64,000 nt of DNA from Actinomycetota bacterium (GCA_016870485.1 VGBM01000001.1:97786-161785), one strand, 5' to 3'; counted from the first letter of the stretch, positions 33,881-43,691 are shown. Made by a program: numbers and translations. Notes: a model not told the origin generated them from the letters alone.

Positions 33881-34644
33881 CCGCGCACCGACACGTCGAG
33901 CCGGATCAGCCCGTGCTCGATCGCCGGGTTGCGGCGCCCATCCGGGTGTCCTCGCCGAGCTTGCGCAGGACGTGCTCGACGTGGGTCACAACCATGCGCG
34001 GCGCGACGCCGATGCGCTGCGCCACCACGCGCTTGCAGGCCCCGTCGGCGACGTGGTGCAGCACCGTGGTCTCCCGGGCCGTCAGCCCGACGGCTGGCCG
34101 GCGTGGCGCAGGCTGACCAGGGCCACGGGCTCGTCGGCGAGCCGCGTCGAGCGCGCCTGCAGCACCTCGACCTGCACAAGCACCCCTCCACGTCGGCGAC
34201 GAGCCCCCGGGTGGTGGTGAGCGGGTCGACCATCGCGGCCAGCAGGCCGACGTAGCGGCCGTCCGGGGCGTAGAGCGGCGTGGTCATGCCGTCGCCGTAC
34301 CCCTCGGGGCCCCAGCACTCGACGTACGAGTAGGTCTCGCGGTAGTCGGACTCGGTGTCGCACATCCGCACCGACCGCCCCCCGACGATCGCCGGCATCG
34401 AGGGGTCGCGGTCCGGGTAGTCGGAATCGACGAGGACCAGGACGCGCTCGCTGTGGCCGCGGCTGACCAGTGTGCGGTGGCCGTCCGCGAAGGAATCCCG
34501 GATCGTGATCTGCGCGGCCGCGTACGGCAGCACCCGGTGCAGCTAGTCGATCAGCTCGTCGGCGACCTCGGCACGCGGCCGGGCGCTGCCCACGGCGGCG
34601 CCCGCCGCCGCCAGCAGCCGCTCCTGGGCGCGCACCCGCGGCAC
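33877..34644 (-). pseudogene. LuxR-family transcriptional regulator, disrupted (one in-frame TAG plus three frameshifts)
   Basis: The coding signal hops between frames. Upstream part ...ERLLAAAGAAVGSARPRAEVADELID, then TAG (34543-34545). It continues LHRVLPYAAAQITIRDSF...LVADVEG, then shifts at the C-run 34183-34186. Next comes VLVQVEVLQARSTRLADEPVALVSLRHAGQP, with a shift at 34086-34088. The LuxR HTH follows: LTARETTVLHHVADGACKRVVAQRIGVAPRMVVTHVEHVLRKLGEDT, with a shift near 33926-33930. It ends AIEHGLIRLDVSVRG*. Confidence 0.75.
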
Positions 34645-34683
34645 GCTACTCCGCGGTCCCGCCCGGCGTGCGGCGGGCGCGGC

Positions 34684-36156
34684 TCACAGGGCCCGCTCCC
34701 GCGGGATCCGGTAGTCCTCGACCCACGGGCGCACGCGCTCGTAGGCCGCGCTCGCGGCGATCACCGCGGCGTCGTCCTGCATCGGCCCGATCAGCTGCAT
34801 CCCGACCGGCAGGCCGTCGGCGAGGCCGGCGGGGATCGAGGCCGACGGGTGGCCCGTGAAGTTCGTCGCGAAGGTCAGGCAGAAGCCGATGCTCGGATCG
34901 ATCTCCCGGCCGGCGACCTCGTTCGGGCCCATCGTGTCGCCGTTGTCCGCGTTGAGGGGCGGCAGGGTCGACAGGGTCGGCGTCACGAGCAGGTCGTGCG
35001 TCGCGAAGACGGCCTGGATCGCGTCGAAGACCTGCGAGCGCATCACGTCGTCACGCTCGAGGTCGGCGAGGGTGGCGCCGCGCGTGCGCTCGACCCACGC
35101 CTTGTAGACCGGCGGCAGGTCGTCCGTCGCCATCAGGTCGAGCCCGAAGCCCTTGAGCCCCTCGAGGCCCGCGATGTTGAGCGGCATGATCATGCGGCAC
35201 CACAGCTGCGCGAACTCGAGCTGGTCGATGTCGAGGCCGAGCTCGACCTCCTCCACGAACGCGCCCGCCTGCTCGAAGGCGCGCACCGCCTCGCCGACGG
35301 TCGTGCCGACGCGCGGGTCGATCGGGTAGAAGTCGAAGGCCGGACTGTAGGCGATCCGCATCCCCTCGATCGGGCGCTGGAGCGCGCCCACGAAGTCGAC
35401 CTCGTCGCGCAGGCTGTAGGGGTCGCGGGGGTCGTAGCCCTGCAGGATCTGCATCACCAGCGCCGCATCCGCGACGGTGCGGGCGATCGGGCCCTCGGCG
35501 ATCGTCGGCTGGGTGCCGGCGAAGGCGTTCGGGCGCAGGACCAGCGGCACGCGGCCGAACGAGCCCTTGTAGCCGTAGGTGCCGGTCCAGGCCGCCGGGA
35601 TGCGGATCGAGCCGCCGCCGTCCGTGCCCTCGGCGAACGGCACGATGCCGTCGGCCACGCAGGCCGCGCTGCCGCCCGAGGAGCCGCCCGGGTTGCGCGC
35701 CGTGTCGAACGGGTTGCAGGTCGCCCCGAACAGCGGGTTGTCGGTGATGCCGCGGTAGCCCATCACGGGGCTGTTGGTCTTGCCGACGATGATGCCGCCG
35801 GCCCGCTCGACGCGCTCGGCCCACGGGCAGTACGCGTCGATCACGTTGTCGGCGAGCGAGCGGATCCCGCCGAAGGTCGACTTCCAGCCCGGCTTGTAGT
35901 CGAACAGGTCCTTCATCAGGGTGGGCACGCCGTGCAGCGGCCCGAGCGCGTCGCCGCGCTGGACGGCCGCCTCGGCCTCGGCCGCGCGGGCGCGCGCGTC
36001 GTCGTACCCCTTGAAGATGACCGCGTTGAGGGTCGGGTTGCGCTGCTCGATCAGCTCGATCGCGCACTCCACCGCCTCCACCGGCGAGAGCCTGCCCGTC
36101 CGGATCAGGTCCGCGATCTCCGTCGCGTCGCGATAGGCGAACTCCTGGGCGTTCAT
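34684..36156 (-). CDS. amidase (amidase-signature family)
   Basis: 490 aa with GKTNSPVMG and the signature GGSSGGSAACVADG...GTDGGGSIRIPAA. Confidence 0.88.
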   Translation of the reverse strand: MNAQEFAYRDATEIADLIRTGRLSPVEAVECAIELIEQRNPTLNAVIFKGYDDARARAAEAEAAVQRGDALGPLHGVPTLMKDLFDYKPGWKSTFGGIRSLADNVIDAYCPWAERVERAGGIIVGKTNSPVMGYRGITDNPLFGATCNPFDTARNPGGSSGGSAACVADGIVPFAEGTDGGGSIRIPAAWTGTYGYKGSFGRVPLVLRPNAFAGTQPTIAEGPIARTVADAALVMQILQGYDPRDPYSLRDEVDFVGALQRPIEGMRIAYSPAFDFYPIDPRVGTTVGEAVRAFEQAGAFVEEVELGLDIDQLEFAQLWCRMIMPLNIAGLEGLKGFGLDLMATDDLPPVYKAWVERTRGATLADLERDDVMRSQVFDAIQAVFATHDLLVTPTLSTLPPLNADNGDTMGPNEVAGREIDPSIGFCLTFATNFTGHPSASIPAGLADGLPVGMQLIGPMQDDAAVIAASAAYERVRPWVEDYRIPRERAL

Positions 36157-36198
36157 GCGATCGCGATCCTCTCTCGACCGCGGGACGGACCCGCGGGG

Positions 36199-37521
36199 TC
36201 AGGCCACGCCGCACCAGTCCATGGCGGCGACGGCGAAGGTCTTGCAGCTGGTGACGACCTCGTCGATCAGGACGTACTCGTCGTCGGCATGGGCGACCCG
36301 CAGGTCGCCCGGGCCGTAGGAGATGGCGGGGACGCCGCCGAGCGTGAGGAACGTGCAGTCCTCGACGGCGGCGAAGCCGACCACGTCGGGCGCGCCGGCG
36401 AAGCGGGTGCCGACCGCGGCCTGCTCGTGCGCGGCCACGGCCACGGCGGTGATCGCCTCGGCCTCGGGCACGTTCGCGGGCCAGTGCAGCTTCCACTCCA
36501 CGGCCGGCGGGTGCGCACGCAGCCACGGATCGGTCTGGGCCGCCCGCTGGATGTGCGTCTCGATCTCCTGCTTGACGGCCTCGGGGTCGTCGTCCGGGGA
36601 GTACCAGACGCAGTAGTCGATCGTCATGAACTCGCTCAAGAAGAACGGCACCATCACGCCGTGCGGCCCACCCTGGACGACGCCCGGGTGGATCGAGAAG
36701 TGGCCGGGGCGAAACAGCGGATGCTGCTTCGTCTGTCCCCACTCCTCCTCGAGCTGGCGCAGCGCGTTGAAGAGCAGGATGCCCTTGTCGATCGCGTTGA
36801 CGCCGACGGAGGCCCCGTCGCCGCCCGCCCGGATCGAGTTGCCGCGCATCGACGAGTGCGTCGCCTTGCCGACGGCCGTGACCGAGAACCACAGGAGGCC
36901 GGGCGAGATCGGGACCACGGCGAGGGGCGACGGCGGCGAGCTCGGCTCCGACACGATCGCCGCGTCCGCGCTGTACCCGCGCTTGATCGCCGCCGTGGTG
37001 CCGCACTCGTGGTCCATGACCTCCTCGCCGACGACGGCCTCGAGGATCAGGTCGCCCTGGAGGGCGATCCCGCACTCGCGCAGGGCGCGCGCCGCGAAGG
37101 CCTGGGCCACGATCCCGGACTTCATGTCGGTGGCCCCGCGGCCCCAGACGCGGTCGCCGTCGATCCTCCCGCTGAAGGGGTCGCCGCCCGTCCAGTTGGC
37201 GGGGTCGCCGACCGGCACGACGTCGACGTGGCCGTTGTAGATCAGTGAGCGCCCGCCGCCCGCGCCCTTGACGACGCCGATCGCGTTCTCGCGTCCCGGC
37301 TCGACCGCGAACAGGTCGACCTCGGCGCCGAGCGCCGCGTAGTGGCGCGCGAAGACCTTGCTGACCTCGCCCTCGCCGCCGACGACCTCGTCGTAGACCT
37401 GGCCCGGGTACTTCGGGTTGACGCTGGGGATGCGCACGACCTCGCTGAGCGCGTCGATCATCTCCGCGGCGAGCCCGTCGATCGCGGCGGAGACCCGGGT
37501 GACGAGTTCCTGATCGGCCAT
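36199..37521 (-). CDS. M20-family deacylase (ArgE/DapE-type), copy 1
   Basis: 440 aa: NGHVDVVPVGD, GRGATDMKSG, VVGEEVMDHECGT. GAAGGAGGAGAG RBS upstream. Confidence 0.85.
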   Translation of the reverse strand: MADQELVTRVSAAIDGLAAEMIDALSEVVRIPSVNPKYPGQVYDEVVGGEGEVSKVFARHYAALGAEVDLFAVEPGRENAIGVVKGAGGGRSLIYNGHVDVVPVGDPANWTGGDPFSGRIDGDRVWGRGATDMKSGIVAQAFAARALRECGIALQGDLILEAVVGEEVMDHECGTTAAIKRGYSADAAIVSEPSSPPSPLAVVPISPGLLWFSVTAVGKATHSSMRGNSIRAGGDGASVGVNAIDKGILLFNALRQLEEEWGQTKQHPLFRPGHFSIHPGVVQGGPHGVMVPFFLSEFMTIDYCVWYSPDDDPEAVKQEIETHIQRAAQTDPWLRAHPPAVEWKLHWPANVPEAEAITAVAVAAHEQAAVGTRFAGAPDVVGFAAVEDCTFLTLGGVPAISYGPGDLRVAHADDEYVLIDEVVTSCKTFAVAAMDWCGVA

Positions 37522-37557
37522 CTCTCCTCCTTCGTGCCCGTGGGCGAACGCTCAGCG

Positions 37558-38841
37558 CTACCTCGGCTCCGGGCGCGAGCCCGGCGGCATGTGCGCCTCC
37601 TGCTCGATCGCCCCGACGTCCTCCGGCGGATCCCCCTCGGCGTCCGTGCCGCGGGCGCCGCGCCGGCGGCGGATCTGGTCCGGGATCGCAATCAGGCCGT
37701 CACGGGCGACAATCGTGACCACGAACAGGAGCAGGCCGATGAAGACGTAGCGCGCCTCCGGCGGATCGACGTCGACGAAGCGCTTGTCGACGTACATCAG
37801 GAGCATCGTGCCCACGAGGATGCCGCGGGGGCTGTTGATGCCGCCGATCATGATCATCGCGAACAGGAACAGCACCGTCGAGAAGTTGAAGAAGCTGGGA
37901 GAGATCGACCCGTAGTAGGCGATGTAGAAGCCGCCCGCCCCGCCGAGCACGGCGGAGGAGATCAGGAACACCCACAGACGCGCCCGCACGACGTCGGTGC
38001 CCAGCACCTCCGCGACCGGCTCGCTCTCGCGCGCCGTGCGCAGCAGCAGGCCGAGGCGCCCGTAGTTGACGCGCCAGTAGATGATCAGCGCGAGGACGGC
38101 CAGGCCGGCCGCCGCCACGTAGGCGATCTGGTAGCCCGCGAGGCTGCCGGCGATGCTCTCCGGGATGAAGCTCGACGCGCCGTACAGGCCCTGGCCGCCG
38201 CCGAAGTTGCACTTGTCCTGGACAACGTAGGCGCGGGCCAGCTCCACGAGGCCGATGGTCAGCAGCGCGAAGTAGATGCCGCGCAGGCGAATCGCCGGCA
38301 GCGAGATGATGAACCCGACGATCAGGCCGACGACCACCGCCACCGGGATCGCGACCCACCACTCGAAGACGGGGATGCCAAGAATGCGCTCGCCGCCGCC
38401 GACGCACGAGAGGTTGCCGGTCTTGCCCAGCTCGATGGACAGGTAGCCGGCCACGTAGGCGCTGATGCCGGCGACCGCGACGGTGGCGAAGCTCTGCAGG
38501 CCCGCCGTGCCGAGCACGAGTCCCCACATCACGTTCCACGACAGGTAGATCAGGAACGTCACCATCACGGCCAGGAAGTACGAGGTGCCGGCGATGATCG
38601 GGATCAGGATCGCGATCACCGCGGCCATGCCCCAGAACAGCCAGGCCGAGCGGTCGCGGACCCCGGCGAGGGTGTCGCCGCCCTGGCGCCGCCAGGAGAT
38701 GCTCCAGGACAGGAGCAGCAGGAAGACGGCCATCGACCCGAGGATCGAGAGGGTGCCGAACACGAACGGGACCGCCAGCGCGACCACGAACAGCACCGCG
38801 AGTCCCGCGTAGTGGAGCATGTCCTGGCGGCTCCTAGGCAC
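37558..38841 (-). CDS. ABC transporter permease (LivM/UrtC-like)
   Basis: Multi-TM ORF with a charged C-terminal tail. GTG 38841 overlaps the upstream stop by 8 nt; ATG 38820 is the alternative start. Confidence 0.85.
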   Translation of the reverse strand: MPRSRQDMLHYAGLAVLFVVALAVPFVFGTLSILGSMAVFLLLLSWSISWRRQGGDTLAGVRDRSAWLFWGMAAVIAILIPIIAGTSYFLAVMVTFLIYLSWNVMWGLVLGTAGLQSFATVAVAGISAYVAGYLSIELGKTGNLSCVGGGERILGIPVFEWWVAIPVAVVVGLIVGFIISLPAIRLRGIYFALLTIGLVELARAYVVQDKCNFGGGQGLYGASSFIPESIAGSLAGYQIAYVAAAGLAVLALIIYWRVNYGRLGLLLRTARESEPVAEVLGTDVVRARLWVFLISSAVLGGAGGFYIAYYGSISPSFFNFSTVLFLFAMIMIGGINSPRGILVGTMLLMYVDKRFVDVDPPEARYVFIGLLLFVVTIVARDGLIAIPDQIRRRRGARGTDAEGDPPEDVGAIEQEAHMPPGSRPEPR

Positions 38842-39709
38842 GCGTGCCCTCCAGGACGCCGGCGATGCCGCGCGGGCGGATGATCAGGACCACGGCGATC
38901 AGCACGAACAGCGTGATCAGGACCCACGCGCCCCCGAGGTACTGCAGGGTCAGCGCCTCTGCGAACGCGACCAGGAACGCTGCGATCACCGCGCCGCGCA
39001 GCGAGCCGAGCCCGCCGAGCAGGGCGACGATCAGCCCCTTGATCATCGGCGAGTAGCCGGAGTTCGGCTCGACGAAGTAGATCTGCCCCAGCAGGACGGC
39101 GGCGAGGCCGATGAACGCGCCGGACACGCCGAGGATCGCGAACGCCGTTGTGCGGCGGTCGATCCCGACGAGCGCGGCCCCCTCGACGCTCTGGGTGAGG
39201 GCGCGGACGCCGAGGCCGATCCGCGAGTAGCTGATGAAGGCGAGGATGATCGCGACCAGGATGCCCGTGGCGATCACCGTGCCCGTCTTCGACGGCTGCA
39301 CGAGGGTCTCGCCGATGCGGAACTCGCGGATGAACGCGAACAGCGGGTCGAACTGCTTGAACTGCGGCCCGAACTGCCAGAGGTAGATGTTCGTGCCGAC
39401 GAAGCTCAGGGCGAGCGTGGCCGTGAGCGTGCGCAGCTCCCAGTTGGGCTTGCCGTCGAGCGGCAGGAACACGGTCAGGCAGATCAGCGCGCCGAGCGCC
39501 GCGCCGGCGATGACGCCGCCGAGCAGGACGACGACGACGTTGGAGCTGATGTTGGTGGCCACGAGCCAGGCCCCGTAGGCGGCGCCGGCGTACATGGCGC
39601 CGGTCGACAGGTTCAGGAACCCGAGGCCCGACCAGGTCAGCGAGACGCCGAGCGCGACGAGCGCGTAGATCGCCGTCAGGTTGATCGTGGTGACGATGAC
39701 GCCGGTCAT
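38834..39709 (-). CDS. ABC transporter permease (LivH/UrtB-like)
   Basis: Start ATG 39709 (MTGVIVTTINLTAIYALVALGVSLTWS), 291 aa, multi-TM. TGATG junction with the upstream ATPase gene. Confidence 0.85.
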   Translation of the reverse strand: MTGVIVTTINLTAIYALVALGVSLTWSGLGFLNLSTGAMYAGAAYGAWLVATNISSNVVVVLLGGVIAGAALGALICLTVFLPLDGKPNWELRTLTATLALSFVGTNIYLWQFGPQFKQFDPLFAFIREFRIGETLVQPSKTGTVIATGILVAIILAFISYSRIGLGVRALTQSVEGAALVGIDRRTTAFAILGVSGAFIGLAAVLLGQIYFVEPNSGYSPMIKGLIVALLGGLGSLRGAVIAAFLVAFAEALTLQYLGGAWVLITLFVLIAVVLIIRPRGIAGVLEGTRA

Positions 39710-40386
39710 CAGTGGCCTCCATCCCCGCCGGTGTCCGGCGTCAGCTCCCCGCCGTGCATGCGCAGCGTGCGGTCGATCCTGCCGTCGATGAGGGCCCGGT
39801 TCTGCTCCGCGATCAGGAGCGCGCCGCCCTGCAGGTCGAGGCCGAGCAGCGTGTCGCAGATCCCCTTGGCGATGCCGGGGCCGAGACCGAGCGACGGCTC
39901 GTCCACCAGGTAGATGCGCGCATCGCACATCAGGCCGCGGCCGATCGAGCACATGCGGCGCTCGCCGCCCGAGAGCGTGCCGACGACCTGGCCCAGGCGC
40001 TCACCGAGGCGCGGGAAGATCTCGCAGACGTGGTCCCGGCGCTCCTTGCGCCGCTTCCACGACCCGCCCGGGTAGGCGCCCGCGTCGAGATTGTCCTTGA
40101 CGGTCAGGCCGGGGAACAGCGCGTCGCCCTGCGGCATCAGGACCACGCCGCGCCGGGCCAGCGCGTGGGTCGTCGCATGCGTGATGTCCTCCCCGTTGAG
40201 GAGGATCTCGCCGCGCTTCCAGTCGACGAGATCGACGATTGCGCGCAGCATGGTCGTCTTGCCGTGCCCGTTCAGGCCGAGGATGCCGACGCGCTCGCCT
40301 TCGGCGATCGAGAGGTCGACGCCGTGGAGCACGCTGAGCGGGCCGTAGCCCGCCTCGAGGCCCTTGATCTCGAGCGCGGCGCTCAC
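39709..40386 (-). CDS. ABC transporter ATP-binding protein (LivF/UrtE-like)
   Basis: GTG 40386 (GTGA overlap). GLNGHGKTT Walker A, LSGGERRM signature, YLVDEPSLGL Walker B. Confidence 0.88.
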   Translation of the reverse strand: MSAALEIKGLEAGYGPLSVLHGVDLSIAEGERVGILGLNGHGKTTMLRAIVDLVDWKRGEILLNGEDITHATTHALARRGVVLMPQGDALFPGLTVKDNLDAGAYPGGSWKRRKERRDHVCEIFPRLGERLGQVVGTLSGGERRMCSIGRGLMCDARIYLVDEPSLGLGPGIAKGICDTLLGLDLQGGALLIAEQNRALIDGRIDRTLRMHGGELTPDTGGDGGH

Positions 40387-41102
40387 GCCCCGGCCCCAGC
40401 GGGCGCCTCGAAGTACGCGGCGCGCACCTTCGGGTCGTTGAACACCTGGTCGGGCGCGCCCAGCGCGATCTCCTCGCCGGCGTCGAGCACGAGCACGCGC
40501 TTGGCGAGGGCCTCGAGGATCTCGAGGCGGTGCTCCACCACGCACACCGCCATGCCCGTCTCGGACACGAGTCGGCGGATCACCTCCTCGATCTCGCCGA
40601 TCTCGTCGGCCATCAGGCCGGAGCACGGCTCGTCGAGGAGCAGCACCTTGGGCCCGTGCAGGAGCACGCAGCACAAAAGCAGCTTGCGGCGGTCGAGGGT
40701 GTCGAGCGCGCCCGCGTACTTCTCATCCGGCGCGGTGAAGCCGATCAGATCGCGCAGCCGCCCCTCCTCTTCGGCCGCGACGCGCGGCGAGAAGGCGGTG
40801 CGGCCCACCTCGAGCGTCTCGCCCACCGTCAGGGACGGCGGCACGAGCGGCGCCTGGAAGGTGCGGGCCAGGCCGCGCCGGGCCCGCTTGAACGCGCTCT
40901 GCCGCGTCACGTCCTCGCCGTCCAGCAGCACGCTGCCGCTGTCCGGCCGAACGCGCCCGGTGAGCACGTCGAACAGCGTCGTCTTGCCGGCACCGTTCGG
41001 GCCGGCGACGCCGAGGATCTCGCCGCCCTCGACGGAGATCGAAACTCCGCCGAGGGCGACGAAGGCCCCGTAGGTCTTTCGGATGTCGTGTCCGGAGAGC
41101 AT
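40383..41102 (-). CDS. ABC transporter ATP-binding protein (LivG/UrtD-like)
   Basis: 239 aa: GPNGAGKTTLF Walker A, LLLDEPCSGL Walker B. Confidence 0.88.
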   Translation of the reverse strand: MLSGHDIRKTYGAFVALGGVSISVEGGEILGVAGPNGAGKTTLFDVLTGRVRPDSGSVLLDGEDVTRQSAFKRARRGLARTFQAPLVPPSLTVGETLEVGRTAFSPRVAAEEEGRLRDLIGFTAPDEKYAGALDTLDRRKLLLCCVLLHGPKVLLLDEPCSGLMADEIGEIEEVIRRLVSETGMAVCVVEHRLEILEALAKRVLVLDAGEEIALGAPDQVFNDPKVRAAYFEAPAGAGA

Positions 41103-41119
41103 CGGGGCCGGGTTCCGCG

Positions 41120-42478
41120 CTAGCTCTGCCAGGGGGCGAGCACGAACTCGCCGTTCGTGAACGGGGCGGGCGCGATGATCGTGCCGTTGGCGCCGTTCTG
41201 GATCTGGAAGAACAGGTGGGCCTGCGAGAGGCTCATGTCCGGCTCCTCGGCCGGGAAGGACAGGCCGTAGTTGCTCGGCATGTAGTAGCCGCCGTTCACG
41301 CCGCGCCAGATGATCTTGCGCAGCATGTCGTTGACCTTGGTGAAGTCCTTGCTGTCGCCGAGCATCGCCCAGACGTTCGCCAGCATGTAGACCTCGTCGT
41401 AGCCGGAGCCCGAGTTGGAGTAGCCGGCCGGCTTGTCGAACGCCGCCTGGTAGCGCTCGGCGAACGACGTGCCGATCGCGTCGCCGTAGACGCCGGTGAC
41501 GGTCGCCCAGATGACGCCGTTGGCGGCCTCGCCCGCGAGGTCCAGGTACTCCGGCACCGAGGCGCCGTACTGGACGTACAGGAGCGAGTCCATCGGGTCG
41601 GCGGCGAAGCCCGTCGTGAAGGTCGCGAGCTCGGACGGCAGGTAGTGGGTGTTCATGACCACACCCGCGTCCGAGGCCTTGACCTTCGCGAGGATCGGGC
41701 CCCAGTCGCTCATGGCGCCCTCACCCATCGGCTCGACGCCCGCGATCTCCCAGCCGTACTCGGCAGCGGTCTCCTGGGTCACCTTCGAGATGACCTGGGA
41801 GTAGGGGACCCAGCCCTCGACGATGAAGATCTTGCGGTTGCGCGGCTTCCACGCACCCGTCGCCTCGAGATCGTTCAGGAACTTCGGGAAGCCCTTGCCG
41901 TACCACGTCTCCGGCGGGTCGATCTGGAAGACGCACTTGTACTTCTCGTCCGAGTTGATCTGGTCGCACTGGGCCTGCGACGTCGACGCGTTCAGGAACG
42001 GCGCGCCGTAGCCGGCGGCCGCGTCCATCGCGGCGTCCCACGCGAGCAGGTAGCCGTTGATGACGGCGTCGACCTTCTGGTCGGCCAGCTTCTGGTAGTT
42101 CTGCTGGATGATCTCCGGCGCCGCCAGGTCCGTGTCGAGGACCTCGAACTTGATCATGCGCCCGGCGATGCCGCCCGCCGCGTTGATCTCGTCGACGGCC
42201 AGCTGGGCGCCGTTGTTCATCTGCTCGCCGTCGGCCGCGTTCGCGCCGGTCAGCGGGTAGAGCGCGCCGATGACGAAGTCCTCGCCACCGCCGCCGCCGC
42301 CCGAGGCCGTGTCGCCGCCGCCGCCGCCGTCCGAGCCGCCGTCATCCGACGCGCTGCAGGCCGCGAGGACGCCGCCCGCCATCAGGGACGCGCCGGCGAT
42401 CGCCGCGCCCTTGAGGACGGTGCTGCGGCTGACGCCGCTCTTCTCCTCGACCTCCGTGGTCACCTCTTCCTCCGCCAT
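41120..42478 (-). CDS. ABC transporter substrate-binding lipoprotein, urea/amide (UrtA/FmdD/AmiC)-like type I periplasmic binding fold
   Basis: ATG 42478 with a GAGGAGGAG RBS. Signal SRSTVLKGAAIAGASLMAGGVLAAC (lipobox) followed by a Gly/Ser/Asp linker. Body pattern: IGALYPLTG...AVDEINAAGGIAGR...FQIQNG...PW. The subfamily call is from memory. Confidence 0.8.
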   Translation of the reverse strand: MAEEEVTTEVEEKSGVSRSTVLKGAAIAGASLMAGGVLAACSASDDGGSDGGGGGDTASGGGGGGEDFVIGALYPLTGANAADGEQMNNGAQLAVDEINAAGGIAGRMIKFEVLDTDLAAPEIIQQNYQKLADQKVDAVINGYLLAWDAAMDAAAGYGAPFLNASTSQAQCDQINSDEKYKCVFQIDPPETWYGKGFPKFLNDLEATGAWKPRNRKIFIVEGWVPYSQVISKVTQETAAEYGWEIAGVEPMGEGAMSDWGPILAKVKASDAGVVMNTHYLPSELATFTTGFAADPMDSLLYVQYGASVPEYLDLAGEAANGVIWATVTGVYGDAIGTSFAERYQAAFDKPAGYSNSGSGYDEVYMLANVWAMLGDSKDFTKVNDMLRKIIWRGVNGGYYMPSNYGLSFPAEEPDMSLSQAHLFFQIQNGANGTIIAPAPFTNGEFVLAPWQS

Positions 42479-42516
42479 CTCTCCTCCTCGTTGGTTGTCG
42501 CTTCCCATCGGAAGCC

Positions 42517-43617
42517 TCACGCCGGCACGCGCTCGACGAGCGCGGCCGCCTGGTCGATCACCGCAGCCTGGTGGGGCTGCAGATCCTGCCCGCCCACGCC
42601 CATGAATATGGGCAGGAACGGATCCTCCACGGGCGTGCGGTGCCCTGTCAACTCCTCGAGCACCGCGAGCCCGCAGAACGGCACGTACGCCGCCGAGTAG
42701 CCACCCTCATGGGTGAAGACGATGTGGCCGTCGTACGACGCGGTCACGTCCACGAGCTGCCGCGTCAGCGCGCGGTAGCCGTCGGAGTGCATCTGCTGGC
42801 GCGCGAGCGGGTCCAAGATGCTCGCGTCGAGGCCGGAGGCCACGATCAAGAGCTGCGGCTTGAAGCGCGCGAGCGCCGGGCAGACGACCCGCTCGAAGGC
42901 GCTCACGTAGGCGCCGACGCCCGAGCCGGCGGGGAGCGGCACGTTGATGTTCGCGCCCTCGCCCGCGCCCTCGCCGATCTCCTCGACCATGCCCGAGTCG
43001 CCCGGGTAGTAGCGGTCCTGATGCAGCGAGATCGTCAGCACGCTCGGGTCGTCGTAGAACGCCCACTGCGTGCCGTTGCCGTGGTGCACGTCCCAGTCGA
43101 CGACGGCCACGCGGTCGAGGCCGAGGCCCTGCCGCGCGTGGAAGGCGCCGAGCGCCGCGTTGGAGAACATGCAGAAGCCGCGCCCGATGTCCTTCTGGGC
43201 GTGGTGGCCGGGGGGGCGCACCAGGGCGTAGGCGGTCTCGACGGTGCCGTCGAGGGTCTTCTCGATCGCGGTCAGCGTGCCGCCGACGGCGAGCAGGGCG
43301 GTCTCGAAGCCGCCCGCGCCGAACGGGGTGATCTCACCGGCGTCGCCGCCGCCCGCGTCGCTGAGCTCCTTCATCCGCGCGACGTACTCGGCGGTGTGGT
43401 AGCGCTCGACCTCCGCGACCGTCGCCATCCGCGGCGCGAGCGGGACCAGGTGGTCGGCCATGCCGCTGACGTCGATCAGGTTCTTGAAGCGGCGCTTCGT
43501 CGAGGGGTTCTCGGCGTGCTCGCCGGGCTCCAGCCAGCCGCCGGCCGGCATGAAACCCGCGCCGTGGCGGGTGTCCCACCACATGTAGCGCTCGTCCCAC
43601 ACGAGTCCGGTCCTCAT
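42517..43617 (-). CDS. class II histone-deacetylase-like amidohydrolase (acetylpolyamine/acetoin-utilisation type)
   Basis: 366 aa: RPPGHHA, FCMFSNAA, DWDVHHGNGTQ, EGGY. Zn-site Asp/His residues are present. Confidence 0.88.
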   Translation of the reverse strand: MRTGLVWDERYMWWDTRHGAGFMPAGGWLEPGEHAENPSTKRRFKNLIDVSGMADHLVPLAPRMATVAEVERYHTAEYVARMKELSDAGGGDAGEITPFGAGGFETALLAVGGTLTAIEKTLDGTVETAYALVRPPGHHAQKDIGRGFCMFSNAALGAFHARQGLGLDRVAVVDWDVHHGNGTQWAFYDDPSVLTISLHQDRYYPGDSGMVEEIGEGAGEGANINVPLPAGSGVGAYVSAFERVVCPALARFKPQLLIVASGLDASILDPLARQQMHSDGYRALTRQLVDVTASYDGHIVFTHEGGYSAAYVPFCGLAVLEELTGHRTPVEDPFLPIFMGVGGQDLQPHQAAVIDQAAALVERVPA

Positions 43618-43691
43618 CCTTGATCTCCTCTCGAACGCATCCGCGAATCCGCGGTGCCGGGGAATCTACACGCGCCACCCCGCTCTGCGCA

